DNA from: an uncultured Woeseiaceae bacterium
GTDB taxonomy: Bacteria; Pseudomonadota; Gammaproteobacteria; Steroidobacterales; Woeseiaceae
Assembly (NCBI GenBank): GCA_902517795.1
Contig: CABYDR010000001.1
Location: 2,512-66,511, forward strand
Length of the DNA: 64,000 bases
Reading direction: 5' to 3'
Shown: positions 19,452-27,893 of the stretch, in pieces
Position numbering within the stretch: the first letter of the stretch is position 1
Layout: every line of letters starts with the position of its first letter
Position numbers and translations under genes: made by a program
Notes under the pieces: model-generated
The model's input: the letters and a program-made list of their open reading frames with translations, nothing else
What the model was told of the DNA's origin: nothing
Database searches by the model: none

Positions 19452-21083
19452 TTACCGCCAACACTGATCTAATTCATCCCAGCTATCTTGACGCAGATCT
19501 GTTTTCATATCTTTTAGCTGGTGTTTAGCAACTTTTTCTGATGGGGTATACGGAAAAGACTTAACGTATTCAAAATAACGTGGGATCTTAAACGGTGCGA
19601 GTCGTTGCTGACAATGAATAATAATATCTGCTGGAGATATTTGTTCAATTGTATAGCCTGCCGACAATAACACATAGATTTTTACCTCTTCATCACGCTT
19701 TTTATCGGGTACAGCTATTGCAGCCGCATCCTCGATACCTTGTTTAGAACGAATGGCAGTCTCAACCTCCAAAGCAGAGATATTTTCCATAGACCGACGA
19801 ATCATGTCTTTTAAGCGACCAACGATCGTATGATATCCAAGCTCATCCTTGATAAATAAATCTCCGGTTCTAAACCACCCATCAATAAAGATCTCTTTGT
19901 TAGCTTCGGGTTTCTTATAATAACCTTTAATGATGCCAGCACCTTTTATCCATAGCTCACCAGAGTTTCCTGACTCAACTTCGTTTCCATTATCATCGGC
20001 AATTTTTACCTCTCGAAAAGGTGCAGGTAATCCGCAACTATTTAGAGCTGAGTCAGTGTTAACAGTTTCTGGTACAAATAGTCCTGGACCGATCTCTGTC
20101 ATGCCGTAAGAATCTCTGGTTAAAACTTTAAATCGCTCTTCAACAAGACGTGTCATCTCTGCATTAAGAGCAAATCCTATAAATTTCTTAAGCGATGTAG
20201 CAGAATCTCGCGGTGATGGAGGCGCTTCAAGTAAAGGTGTTGGGAAATAGGCCAATTCGATCTGATGATTATCAATCCAGTCTAAAAATCGACTAACACT
20301 CATGCCTTTAGATACATGAACAGTCATCCCTGAAAATAATCCCATAATAAGCATATATTGATCGTCAATATAGAAAAAAGGAGCATCGGCTAATACTGAT
20401 TTAATGCCCTTGTTTCGAAGAGCAGCTACACAACCTATTATTATCCAGAATTTTTGTGATTGCATGCAGCCCTTTGGAAATCCTGTGGTACCGGACGTAT
20501 ACTGAATATTAAGAAGATCATCAGAATTTACTTGATAGTTATATTGAGCATCTTTGCTTCCGCGCAACAGAATGGAATTCCAGTTATTCTTTGTGTCTTT
20601 ATCAGTGACGATAATGATTGACTCATCGGTTAAAGCTTCTGGTTTTTTGCTCATCGCTTTTAGAGTTGATAAGAATTTATCCTCTATAACTACAAACTCA
20701 GCATCAGAATCATTAAGAACATAGTCTAACTCGGCGCTCGTGTATGCATGATTGACAGGAATCATCACAGCACCGATCACGGCTATTGCCAACCAGGATA
20801 CTGGGAACTCTATTCTATTACTCATAATAACAGCAACATGAGTTCCTTTTTTAATCCCTTTTTGCTGAAATCCATCCGCCAACTTATATACCAACACACG
20901 TAAATCAGCATAAGATATGGATTTGGCTTGTGGTTCCTGCTCAAAGAAGTTAATGGCTAATGCCGTTGGATAATGATCAGCCGCTTGATCAAGTAACTCT
21001 TGTATATTTTCAGGAAAATCAATAGTTTCTTCAATAAACTTTTTTTCTTTAAAGTATTTTTTAGTAGCGACTTCTATCTTCAT
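19452..21083 (-). CDS. acyl-CoA synthetase / AMP-dependent ligase
   Basis: AMP-binding motif YTSGTTGFPKG and the later GWFRTGD motif. Confidence 0.85.
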   Translation of the reverse strand: MKIEVATKKYFKEKKFIEETIDFPENIQELLDQAADHYPTALAINFFEQEPQAKSISYADLRVLVYKLADGFQQKGIKKGTHVAVIMSNRIEFPVSWLAIAVIGAVMIPVNHAYTSAELDYVLNDSDAEFVVIEDKFLSTLKAMSKKPEALTDESIIIVTDKDTKNNWNSILLRGSKDAQYNYQVNSDDLLNIQYTSGTTGFPKGCMQSQKFWIIIGCVAALRNKGIKSVLADAPFFYIDDQYMLIMGLFSGMTVHVSKGMSVSRFLDWIDNHQIELAYFPTPLLEAPPSPRDSATSLKKFIGFALNAEMTRLVEERFKVLTRDSYGMTEIGPGLFVPETVNTDSALNSCGLPAPFREVKIADDNGNEVESGNSGELWIKGAGIIKGYYKKPEANKEIFIDGWFRTGDLFIKDELGYHTIVGRLKDMIRRSMENISALEVETAIRSKQGIEDAAAIAVPDKKRDEEVKIYVLLSAGYTIEQISPADIIIHCQQRLAPFKIPRYFEYVKSFPYTPSEKVAKHQLKDMKTDLRQDSWDELDQCWR

Positions 21084-21086
21084 AGA

Positions 21087-21824
21087 TTATTTACCTTTGA
21101 TATGATCTATGCCTGATTTTGCCTCAGGTTCTTGATGGTACACCTCTAGCTGATGAGCATATAATTTGCGTGTTAAGCTAATGGCTTCTTTTAAACTCAT
21201 CTCTGGGCATTTTTGCAGGCATTCCATTTCTGTCTGAATCGCAATTAATGGATGTAAGGCGATCATATTTGCAATCTCTAATGCTCTTTCGAAAACTTTA
21301 TCATTCGAAACTACCTCATTAATTAATTGGTATTGCAATGCTTGGTCTGCGGTAATCTTCTCACCTGTGAGTGCAATCCAATTTGCCCACACACGGGGAA
21401 TTTGAAGAGATAAACGTGATGTACCACTGGCTCCTGCCATCCCATAAGCGATCTCAGGTAAGCCAAATCTTGCGCCTTTACCAGCTACTCTTATATCGGT
21501 AAGTAATGAAACATAAATCAAACCTTCGCCAATGCACCAACTATTTATCGCACCAATAATAGGTTTGTTTCGAGGCAATGAAAATATCATTTCTGTGATA
21601 TCTTCACCATCTGGATAAGCATCCCCTTCATTGAGATCATCTCCGGCACTAAAACACTTGCCTTCACTACCTTTCAGAATTCCGACTTTAATATTATCGT
21701 CATTCAAAAAGTCATTTAAATGAGAATATAATTGCTTATGCATAGCAAACGTCAAGACGTTAACTTTACCATTATCAATTGTAAATATTCCGATGTGTCC
21801 CTGTTTTTCATAAGTAATAGTCAT
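21087..21824 (-). CDS. enoyl-CoA hydratase/isomerase (crotonase) family protein
   Basis: Crotonase-fold pattern (FSAGDDL, GGAINSWCIGEG-type oxyanion segment, GLPEIAYGM). Confidence 0.85.
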   Translation of the reverse strand: MTITYEKQGHIGIFTIDNGKVNVLTFAMHKQLYSHLNDFLNDDNIKVGILKGSEGKCFSAGDDLNEGDAYPDGEDITEMIFSLPRNKPIIGAINSWCIGEGLIYVSLLTDIRVAGKGARFGLPEIAYGMAGASGTSRLSLQIPRVWANWIALTGEKITADQALQYQLINEVVSNDKVFERALEIANMIALHPLIAIQTEMECLQKCPEMSLKEAISLTRKLYAHQLEVYHQEPEAKSGIDHIKGK

Positions 21825-21855
21825 TAATGTTACCTAAAATTTATTTTAATAAGTG

Positions 21856-21885
21856 ATGGTTAAGTATGGTTAAGCATGGATTAAG
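21856..21885. repeat. three tandem 10-bp direct repeats (atggttaagt / atggttaagc / atggattaag)
   Basis: Read directly from the sequence. Starts 32 nt upstream of the enoyl-CoA hydratase start codon and ends 38 nt before tRNA fragment C. Confidence 0.6.
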
Positions 21886-21923
21886 AGTATAGTTATAGCT
21901 CTATTATTACCAATAACTTATCG

Positions 21924-21979
21924 TGGCGCCCGATGCCGGACTCGAACCGGCACGTCCTTTCAGACAACGGATTTTAAGA
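21924..21979 (-). repeat. copy C of the 3' half of tRNA-Leu(UAA)
   Basis: tggcgcccgatgccggactcgaaccggcacgtcctttcagacaacggattttaaga aligns with 27894-27949 with about 5 mismatches in 56 (by eye). Preceded by acttatc, as at the intact tRNA. Confidence 0.85.
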
Positions 21980-22118
21980 CAGTAGCCATAAAATAAGTAT
22001 TTAGACATATCTCACTATCTCTATCATTTCAAAGGAAATTATTTTATGTATAAAGCACCTATGCCTGTTATATAGTTATTGAGAATGTCTAAATATTAAT
22101 TAAAATAAGAATCTGATA

Positions 22119-23306
22119 ATGATTAAACTAATAATACTCACAATAGTAATATTTTTTGTGCAAATTAATACAACTCTTTCTCAAGAAGTTAGATGTGATA
22201 GAGAAATGAATATCACTTATTACAAAAATCCCAAAATATTACTAAATGAATTTTCATCATTTCCTGAACGTAAGTCACAAGTGGCTATAAATGCTTCAAA
22301 TAAAGCTGAAAAAATAGTAGATGAATACTGGAATCATATTGGACCCGAAAAACACCTACATGAACTAAATACTGTTTTGACTAAATACAGCATTATTACT
22401 GAAAATTTTGAAAAAAATGGAGAGTTTGAGTTTTTATTCAATAATAATGGCAAATTACAAGCCACTAATTTCGCAAACTGTAAAACAGAAATCCTTTATT
22501 GGGAATATCAATCACAACCATATAATGGAACATTCAGTATATACATAGGCTCCAAGGATACTAATGAATACCTCATAAGATTTGGGATTCAAGGCTCACA
22601 TTCACAAAATCATTACAGGCTCAACTATTATAAAAGAGGAAGTCAAAATTGCTACAACTCGATGAATCCAATCTGTCATAAACATCTAACTGAATTAAGA
22701 ATATTGGGATACGCAGATCTAGAATCAAATTTAAAATTTGATGAATTAAAAAATATTGTTAAAACCGAATTGGAAACAGCTAAAAAAATAACCGAAGAAG
22801 CATATGCTAAGCAATTAGCTCAAGAAAAAGCTGATAGAGATCGGGCTCAGAATGCAAAAGAAGCTAGAGTAAAGGCGGAAAGAGAGAGAATTGAAGCAGA
22901 AAAGGCGAAAAGATTGAGACTTATAAAAGAAAAAGAAGAATTTGATGGCTCTCCTTATGGTCAACTTTATAATTCATATTCATCATATTTGATGATTAGT
23001 GATTTATATGATGCTAGAAAGGAATTTGCAACTCCATATATTACACAAACAAAAATGTCTGAAGTAAAGAAGAAGATGAGAGAAATAGAGAACAAAATGA
23101 TATCTGAAAAAAAACTTGATACAGATATGATTTGGGCTAATGCTGAAAAAAGTTACCAAACTGAATTCTCAACTTCAATGGGTCTCATAAAATCTTCCGG
23201 CATCTATTCAAATGAAGCAAATTCAATGGCAAAAATACAATTAATAACGTTCGATGCAATTCATAAAGATGTTGTTGGATACAAATCAATTGAAAAGGAT
23301 TTTTAA
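22119..23306 (+). CDS. hypothetical secreted protein with central E/R/K-rich helix (module protein A)
   Basis: Signal peptide MIKLIILTIVIFFVQINTTLSQ. Charged segment AQEKADRDRAQNAKEARVKAERERIEAEKAKRLRLIKEKEE. No catalytic motif recognised. Confidence 0.6.
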   Translation: MIKLIILTIVIFFVQINTTLSQEVRCDREMNITYYKNPKILLNEFSSFPERKSQVAINASNKAEKIVDEYWNHIGPEKHLHELNTVLTKYSIITENFEKNGEFEFLFNNNGKLQATNFANCKTEILYWEYQSQPYNGTFSIYIGSKDTNEYLIRFGIQGSHSQNHYRLNYYKRGSQNCYNSMNPICHKHLTELRILGYADLESNLKFDELKNIVKTELETAKKITEEAYAKQLAQEKADRDRAQNAKEARVKAERERIEAEKAKRLRLIKEKEEFDGSPYGQLYNSYSSYLMISDLYDARKEFATPYITQTKMSEVKKKMREIENKMISEKKLDTDMIWANAEKSYQTEFSTSMGLIKSSGIYSNEANSMAKIQLITFDAIHKDVVGYKSIEKDF

Positions 23307-23371
23307 TAACTGATTTTTCTCCTCTAATGCTATTTACTTTCAAACGTATTGATTTTATTTTTCTAAAGTGG

Positions 23372-23480
23372 TTATAGCGATGCCCGGGTGCCAACACAGT
23401 TATGCCACTTTATGGATGTACCAGAAGGACAAGTTGTTTGAGCTTGAGCATTGATTGAGAATAAGAATGCTGTAATGAGG
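23372..23480 (-). pseudogene. 5'-truncated remnant of a MORN-repeat protein gene
   Basis: 23388-23480 aligns with 16389-16481 (signal peptide and N-terminus of the MORN gene) with about 11 mismatches in 93 (by eye). The start codon is missing and there is an in-frame TAA at 23372-23374. Confidence 0.7.
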
Positions 23481-23483
23481 GGT

Positions 23484-24104
23484 TCACTTAATAAGCTCTT
23501 TTGCAATGAAAGAAACTCTTAATACACCACTTTCTCTTTGAAATTGCTCGCCACCTATAGAGGCAATATAAGTCTTCCAAGCTGCATTTATACCATCAAA
23601 GAAAATAACATTTGACCTCCCTGCTTGGTTAATCTCCATCATTTCTCCAGCAATATTGACCGAAAGCAATTTTTTTATATAAAGCTCTACTGATTCCTTA
23701 CCACCAAGAAATATAACTCTATTAGAAGTAAAAATTAATTCGCCAAAATCAATACTCGTTAGAGCCTGTTTTTGTTTTCTTGAAAACTCGCCTATACGAT
23801 AACTAAGACCATCCATGACTCTGAGAGAAATACCTTGATATATTCCCTTTTGTTTAATATTTTTAAATTCTAATAATTGGACATCATCTAATTTCAAAAT
23901 AATTCTTTCTTGATCTTGGAGCCTTATTGACGAGTCTTGAATTGCAGCTTCCAAGACTAGATTTTCCAGCGCTTTTGCTTCCTCCTTGGAAATTCTTGTG
24001 ACGGGAATCTCTTTATTGATTTTAAATTCTGGTTTTTTGATAAGCTTAATTACAAAGAGAATTAATACCATAAACATCAATATTACAAAGATATCTAAAA
24101 TCAT
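23484..24104 (-). CDS. hypothetical membrane-anchored protein (module protein B)
   Basis: Strong SD (aaggagg, 5 nt before the ATG) and an N-terminal TM. The C-terminal beta-rich part (GELIFTSNRVIFLGG..MEINQAGRSNVIFF) is faintly reminiscent of bacterial PH-like domains. Confidence 0.6.
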   Translation of the reverse strand: MILDIFVILMFMVLILFVIKLIKKPEFKINKEIPVTRISKEEAKALENLVLEAAIQDSSIRLQDQERIILKLDDVQLLEFKNIKQKGIYQGISLRVMDGLSYRIGEFSRKQKQALTSIDFGELIFTSNRVIFLGGKESVELYIKKLLSVNIAGEMMEINQAGRSNVIFFDGINAAWKTYIASIGGEQFQRESGVLRVSFIAKELIK

Positions 24105-24146
24105 ATTATCCTCCTTGTAAGGTTAAATATACTGCCTATATTTTAT

Positions 24147-24515
24147 CTAGAGATTATCAAATAAATCGTCATTCTTATCCACCTTGGTAGACTCGTCGAT
24201 TAGCTTCGATGATGTGTCTTTAGTTGCTACTTTTTTCTCTGTAACTTCCTCTTTCTGAATATCAGGGCTCTCCTGTGTTTCAGTGTTATCTTTTTTCTTT
24301 ACAGGTGCTTGAGAGGATTTTGATATTTTTCTATAAATTAGCCGAATGATAACGAAAGGAACGTAAATCATTAAGAACACCATTATTATGGCTCCAATTA
24401 TTGCCAATGGTATTTCTAGAGGAGTCCCTTTTAAAAATCGGCCCGCGATGAAAGCTATTGCAAATAAAGCACCGAAAGATACATATAATATTTTCTTAGT
24501 AGACCAATTTTTCAT
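24147..24515 (-). CDS. hypothetical 2-TM protein with disordered Lys/Glu/Thr tail ending NDDLFDNL (module protein C)
   Basis: Its ATG overlaps the stop of the upstream gene (TAATG). Two hydrophobic helices are followed by an about 55-aa low-complexity tail. Confidence 0.6.
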   Translation of the reverse strand: MKNWSTKKILYVSFGALFAIAFIAGRFLKGTPLEIPLAIIGAIIMVFLMIYVPFVIIRLIYRKISKSSQAPVKKKDNTETQESPDIQKEEVTEKKVATKDTSSKLIDESTKVDKNDDLFDNL

Positions 24516-24955
24516 TATATATCATCGAATAAATTATCAACTTTTTTTTCATCTGCTGCTAAAGCTTTCTCTGTTTGAGTTTTTTTCGTTGCTGCTTCTG
24601 ATTTTTTAGTATTTTGTTTATTTACTTTTTTAGTTGGTGTTGGGGTTTCATCTACCATTATCATCATTAAAGCAATCACAAACATGACCCATCCAAGAAT
24701 GGTTAAATCTACGTTTGGCAGATCACCATGCACAATTTCCCCAAGAGACCAAATATTTAAAGCTGAAACGCCCCATCCGTCAAGAAGATAGGCGCTGATT
24801 AATCGCCATGCACCCCATACCAAAGCTAATAAAAATACTAAACCTAATAGAGCTTCTCTACCGTGTTTTCTTCCATACAAACTAGAAACCAATACTAATA
24901 ATGCAAGACTAAAAGGCCAATTTTCTTGAGCCCACTGTAAGGTTTCAGTTAGCAT
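24515..24955 (-). CDS. hypothetical 3-TM protein with Lys-rich tail ending VDNLFDDI (module protein D)
   Basis: The ORF track starts at 24967. I prefer the ATG at 24953-24955 because GGAGG (24961-24965) lies 5 nt upstream. Overlaps the end of the upstream gene by 11 nt. Confidence 0.6.
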   Translation of the reverse strand: MLTETLQWAQENWPFSLALLVLVSSLYGRKHGREALLGLVFLLALVWGAWRLISAYLLDGWGVSALNIWSLGEIVHGDLPNVDLTILGWVMFVIALMMIMVDETPTPTKKVNKQNTKKSEAATKKTQTEKALAADEKKVDNLFDDI

Positions 24956-26324
24956 ATTTACCTCCAAATTCGTTGAATAATTTATTGAGATTTTTTGAAT
25001 CTTTTGAGAGTTTTAAGCCTTCATTTTTAACTCTTTCCATTGCTTTTAACACTTTTTCGTCTTCATAATAACTTAACGCTTTCTCAAGATTGGCTAACCT
25101 CATTTCTAGGTTTTTATAGAGTGCCCCATAAAGCTTTTTATATCTACCAAGTGTCTTTTCATAATAACCATTTCCTTCTAAAGTTTGATTAACTTTTGGG
25201 TTATCATGTATATCAGCGTATGAATTCTCTACTCTATTCTTCAGTACTTTAGCATTACTCTCAGTTGATAGGATTATCGTAATTAAGCCTGGAGTTTTTT
25301 TCCAAATTACACTGCCAAGCGCTTGAGCCTCTTTAGCAAATTTCCCTTTACCAAACCAAGATGATTTGTGATTCTTATCTAAAGTTTCAAGATCTGAATT
25401 CATTTTATCAATCTGAGTTTTCATCGTTTTGCCAGTCTTTACTGCTTTGTCTATGGCTTTATCAAATAAAGCCATGACTTCTTTACACCCATCATCAAGT
25501 TCTTTTTTTTCTTTTGCTCTTTGCTTAGCTTCTTCTTCTTTCTTTTTTATATCAGCAGCAATCTCTGGGACAAGGGGAGCAACATTAGCCTCAATATATT
25601 TCGAGATTACCTCAGCATTTACTGGATCTTCAAAACCAGAAAAATCATCAAAACTAAGATTTTTGGGAAGCGAATCTTTTATAGACACTTCACACTTGCT
25701 TTTAAAAATTTTTATCATTGAATGATTAGCGATCTTAGAAGATGTTGCTACTTTCTTTAATTCACTCTCGTACAACAGATCAAAAGTGTCAAGAATGTGA
25801 ACCCCGACAGCTAATTTAAAAAGATTCTCTTCGAGAAAAGGAACGGTGACTTTTTTAAACTGTGAGCTTGTTGTAAGACCATTCTCATTGTTGTAAACAC
25901 GGGCTACTACTCTTAGATCGACCCCAAATAACTTCAAGGGAACGTCATGTTCTAAGAATCTTCCTTTTAAGATAAGAAGTTCTTTTTCATATTTTTCTTG
26001 TTCTTTTTTTTCTTGGGCAAGAAGCTTCTGACGTTCTTTTTCATCTGCAATTGATTTTCTTTCAGCTGCTTTTACTGCTGCTGCTGATGCTTTTTCACTT
26101 TCTCTTACCCTTTTGGCGTGTTCTCTAGCAGATCGTTTCCTAGATCGCTCAGCTTCTCTTTCTCGCCTCTTTCGAGCTGTTTCAGCCGCTCTTGCTTCTT
26201 TCCTTCGAGCAGTTTCAGCTGCTCTCTTTCGTTTTCGCGCCTGCACAGCACTTTTTTTTACCGCATTACTCGCAGCGGCTCCCCAATCCACTTTGCCTTT
26301 TTTCCAAACTTTTTTATATGCCAT
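24945..26324 (-). CDS. hypothetical soluble protein with extremely basic Arg/Lys/Ala/Glu N-terminal region (module protein E)
   Basis: 459 aa with no signal peptide or TM. Residues about 25-115 are R/K/E/A-rich with an internal AAETAR repeat. The remainder is predicted helical. No catalytic motif recognised. Confidence 0.6.
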   Translation of the reverse strand: MAYKKVWKKGKVDWGAAASNAVKKSAVQARKRKRAAETARRKEARAAETARKRREREAERSRKRSAREHAKRVRESEKASAAAVKAAERKSIADEKERQKLLAQEKKEQEKYEKELLILKGRFLEHDVPLKLFGVDLRVVARVYNNENGLTTSSQFKKVTVPFLEENLFKLAVGVHILDTFDLLYESELKKVATSSKIANHSMIKIFKSKCEVSIKDSLPKNLSFDDFSGFEDPVNAEVISKYIEANVAPLVPEIAADIKKKEEEAKQRAKEKKELDDGCKEVMALFDKAIDKAVKTGKTMKTQIDKMNSDLETLDKNHKSSWFGKGKFAKEAQALGSVIWKKTPGLITIILSTESNAKVLKNRVENSYADIHDNPKVNQTLEGNGYYEKTLGRYKKLYGALYKNLEMRLANLEKALSYYEDEKVLKAMERVKNEGLKLSKDSKNLNKLFNEFGGKYAN

Positions 26325-26403
26325 AATTAACTGTTAGTATTGATTGAATATATTTTAATAATATAATTATTTTATTATCATAATTTATCATAATAATAAA
26401 ATC

Positions 26404-27663
26404 ATGAATAAAACGTTATTGCAATTAATCAGACCCCACCTGTTGTTATTGACTCTATGTTTAAGCGCCTATGTATCTGCTGAATCATATGACACAAATG
26501 AATATATTGGTTTAGATAATGCAATCTGCAAAAACGCAAGCAAACATCTAACTCTAGAAACCTCAGGCTTCTTTGAATACATTGGTGCTGGTGAATCAAA
26601 AATATTTGAATGCGGGAAGCATAGTGACGAACCATGCAGAAAAGATTCTGAGTTAATTTGTAGAAATACACATAAAAAATACATTCTAGATAGATCTGAA
26701 GCTCTTCTAATTGGCGCTAATAAATATACTGATAACACAAAAAAAATAAAAAACCGAAAAAAATTAGAGCGAGCAATCAAAAAGCAAACCAAATTAAATG
26801 AAAATTGGAAAAATTCAAACGATATTCTTTCACTGATCGGCTCTTTAGAGAGGGAAGTTATGCTTACTGCCTCTTTATTGCCCTCCGAGACTTATTCTCA
26901 AATTAACAATGAGCTTAAAGTTCAACATGATCAAATTCGACAGGAAATCCTTGAGCAACAGAGAATCGCAAGAGAAGCAAGCTTGAAAAAACAAAGGCAA
27001 AAAGCAGCTAAACAAGCAATAGAAACTCGTCAACAACGGGAGATTGATGAGCAGATACAAATCATGATGTATCTTTTAGGGATACTTGCGATTGTAGTTT
27101 TAGCTGGAACACTTACAAACAAATGGATATTTTTTGACAGTGAACAAGATTTTTTTATGACCCTAGGTTTATTAGCTTCTATTACGACCTGTTTCTTTAT
27201 GATTGAAGAATATGATTACAAACAAAACGTTACTGTTTCAGGAGATCTATTTTATTGGTCTATAACCAGTGTTTCTGCCCTGCTTTCAATATGGTTAATA
27301 TTTAAAACATACATGACTTCAATAAAAGGAAATGGCTTCTTTGTAGGAACTTTTATTTATTTATTTAAAGTGGCATTTAGCATTATTCTGGTAATGTTCA
27401 TTGTTGCTAAAATTGCTGACATTACAAGCAATAAAGATGGAAGGACAAGGGCAAATCGTGCTCCAGCTTTGGCAATTCTTGCTTTAATTGCGATTTTTTG
27501 GAAACCAATAAAATGGCTTCTTATAAATGGTGATAGAGTGAGAGAAAAAAAAGCAGCTAATAGAATGAAAACTCAAGTTAAAACCGCACCGCCTGTGAGT
27601 GAAACTAAAGCTTCTAATCATAAAAACCTAGACGCCAGCGATGATATGTTTAGCGATATTTAA
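26404..27663 (+). CDS. hypothetical polytopic membrane protein with Cys-containing N-terminal exodomain, charged helix, about 5 TM and a tail ending SDDMFSDI (module protein F)
   Basis: Signal peptide, five Cys in the mature exodomain, charged segment EQQRIAREASLKKQRQKAAKQAIETRQQRE, then hydrophobic helices. Divergent from protein E across a 79-bp AT-rich spacer. Confidence 0.6.
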   Translation: MNKTLLQLIRPHLLLLTLCLSAYVSAESYDTNEYIGLDNAICKNASKHLTLETSGFFEYIGAGESKIFECGKHSDEPCRKDSELICRNTHKKYILDRSEALLIGANKYTDNTKKIKNRKKLERAIKKQTKLNENWKNSNDILSLIGSLEREVMLTASLLPSETYSQINNELKVQHDQIRQEILEQQRIAREASLKKQRQKAAKQAIETRQQREIDEQIQIMMYLLGILAIVVLAGTLTNKWIFFDSEQDFFMTLGLLASITTCFFMIEEYDYKQNVTVSGDLFYWSITSVSALLSIWLIFKTYMTSIKGNGFFVGTFIYLFKVAFSIILVMFIVAKIADITSNKDGRTRANRAPALAILALIAIFWKPIKWLLINGDRVREKKAANRMKTQVKTAPPVSETKASNHKNLDASDDMFSDI

Positions 27664-27893
27664 TTTCCATTGATTTGAAGGTATTTTTGTAACTTGACTA
27701 ATGAATTTTCGGTTTTGATGTCATTAGAAATAATCTTACGTGAATTAATAAAATAACATAAGTATTATGGAATATTCATAAAAACACTAAAAAGTTGCCT
27801 AAATTTTGCCTAAAATCACAAAAAAACCCCTTCCCTAATCTTCCAAAGAAAATCAACAAAGAGGTTTAATTTAATCAAATCAACTACTTATCT

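Noticed and set aside
24147-24955. Proteins C and D as a phage holin/antiholin pair (small, 2-3 TM, charged C-terminal tails)
   Set aside because: There is no endolysin, spanin or any phage structural or replication gene in the cassette. The tails are much longer than typical holin tails and carry a shared terminal motif. I kept this only as a remote alternative.
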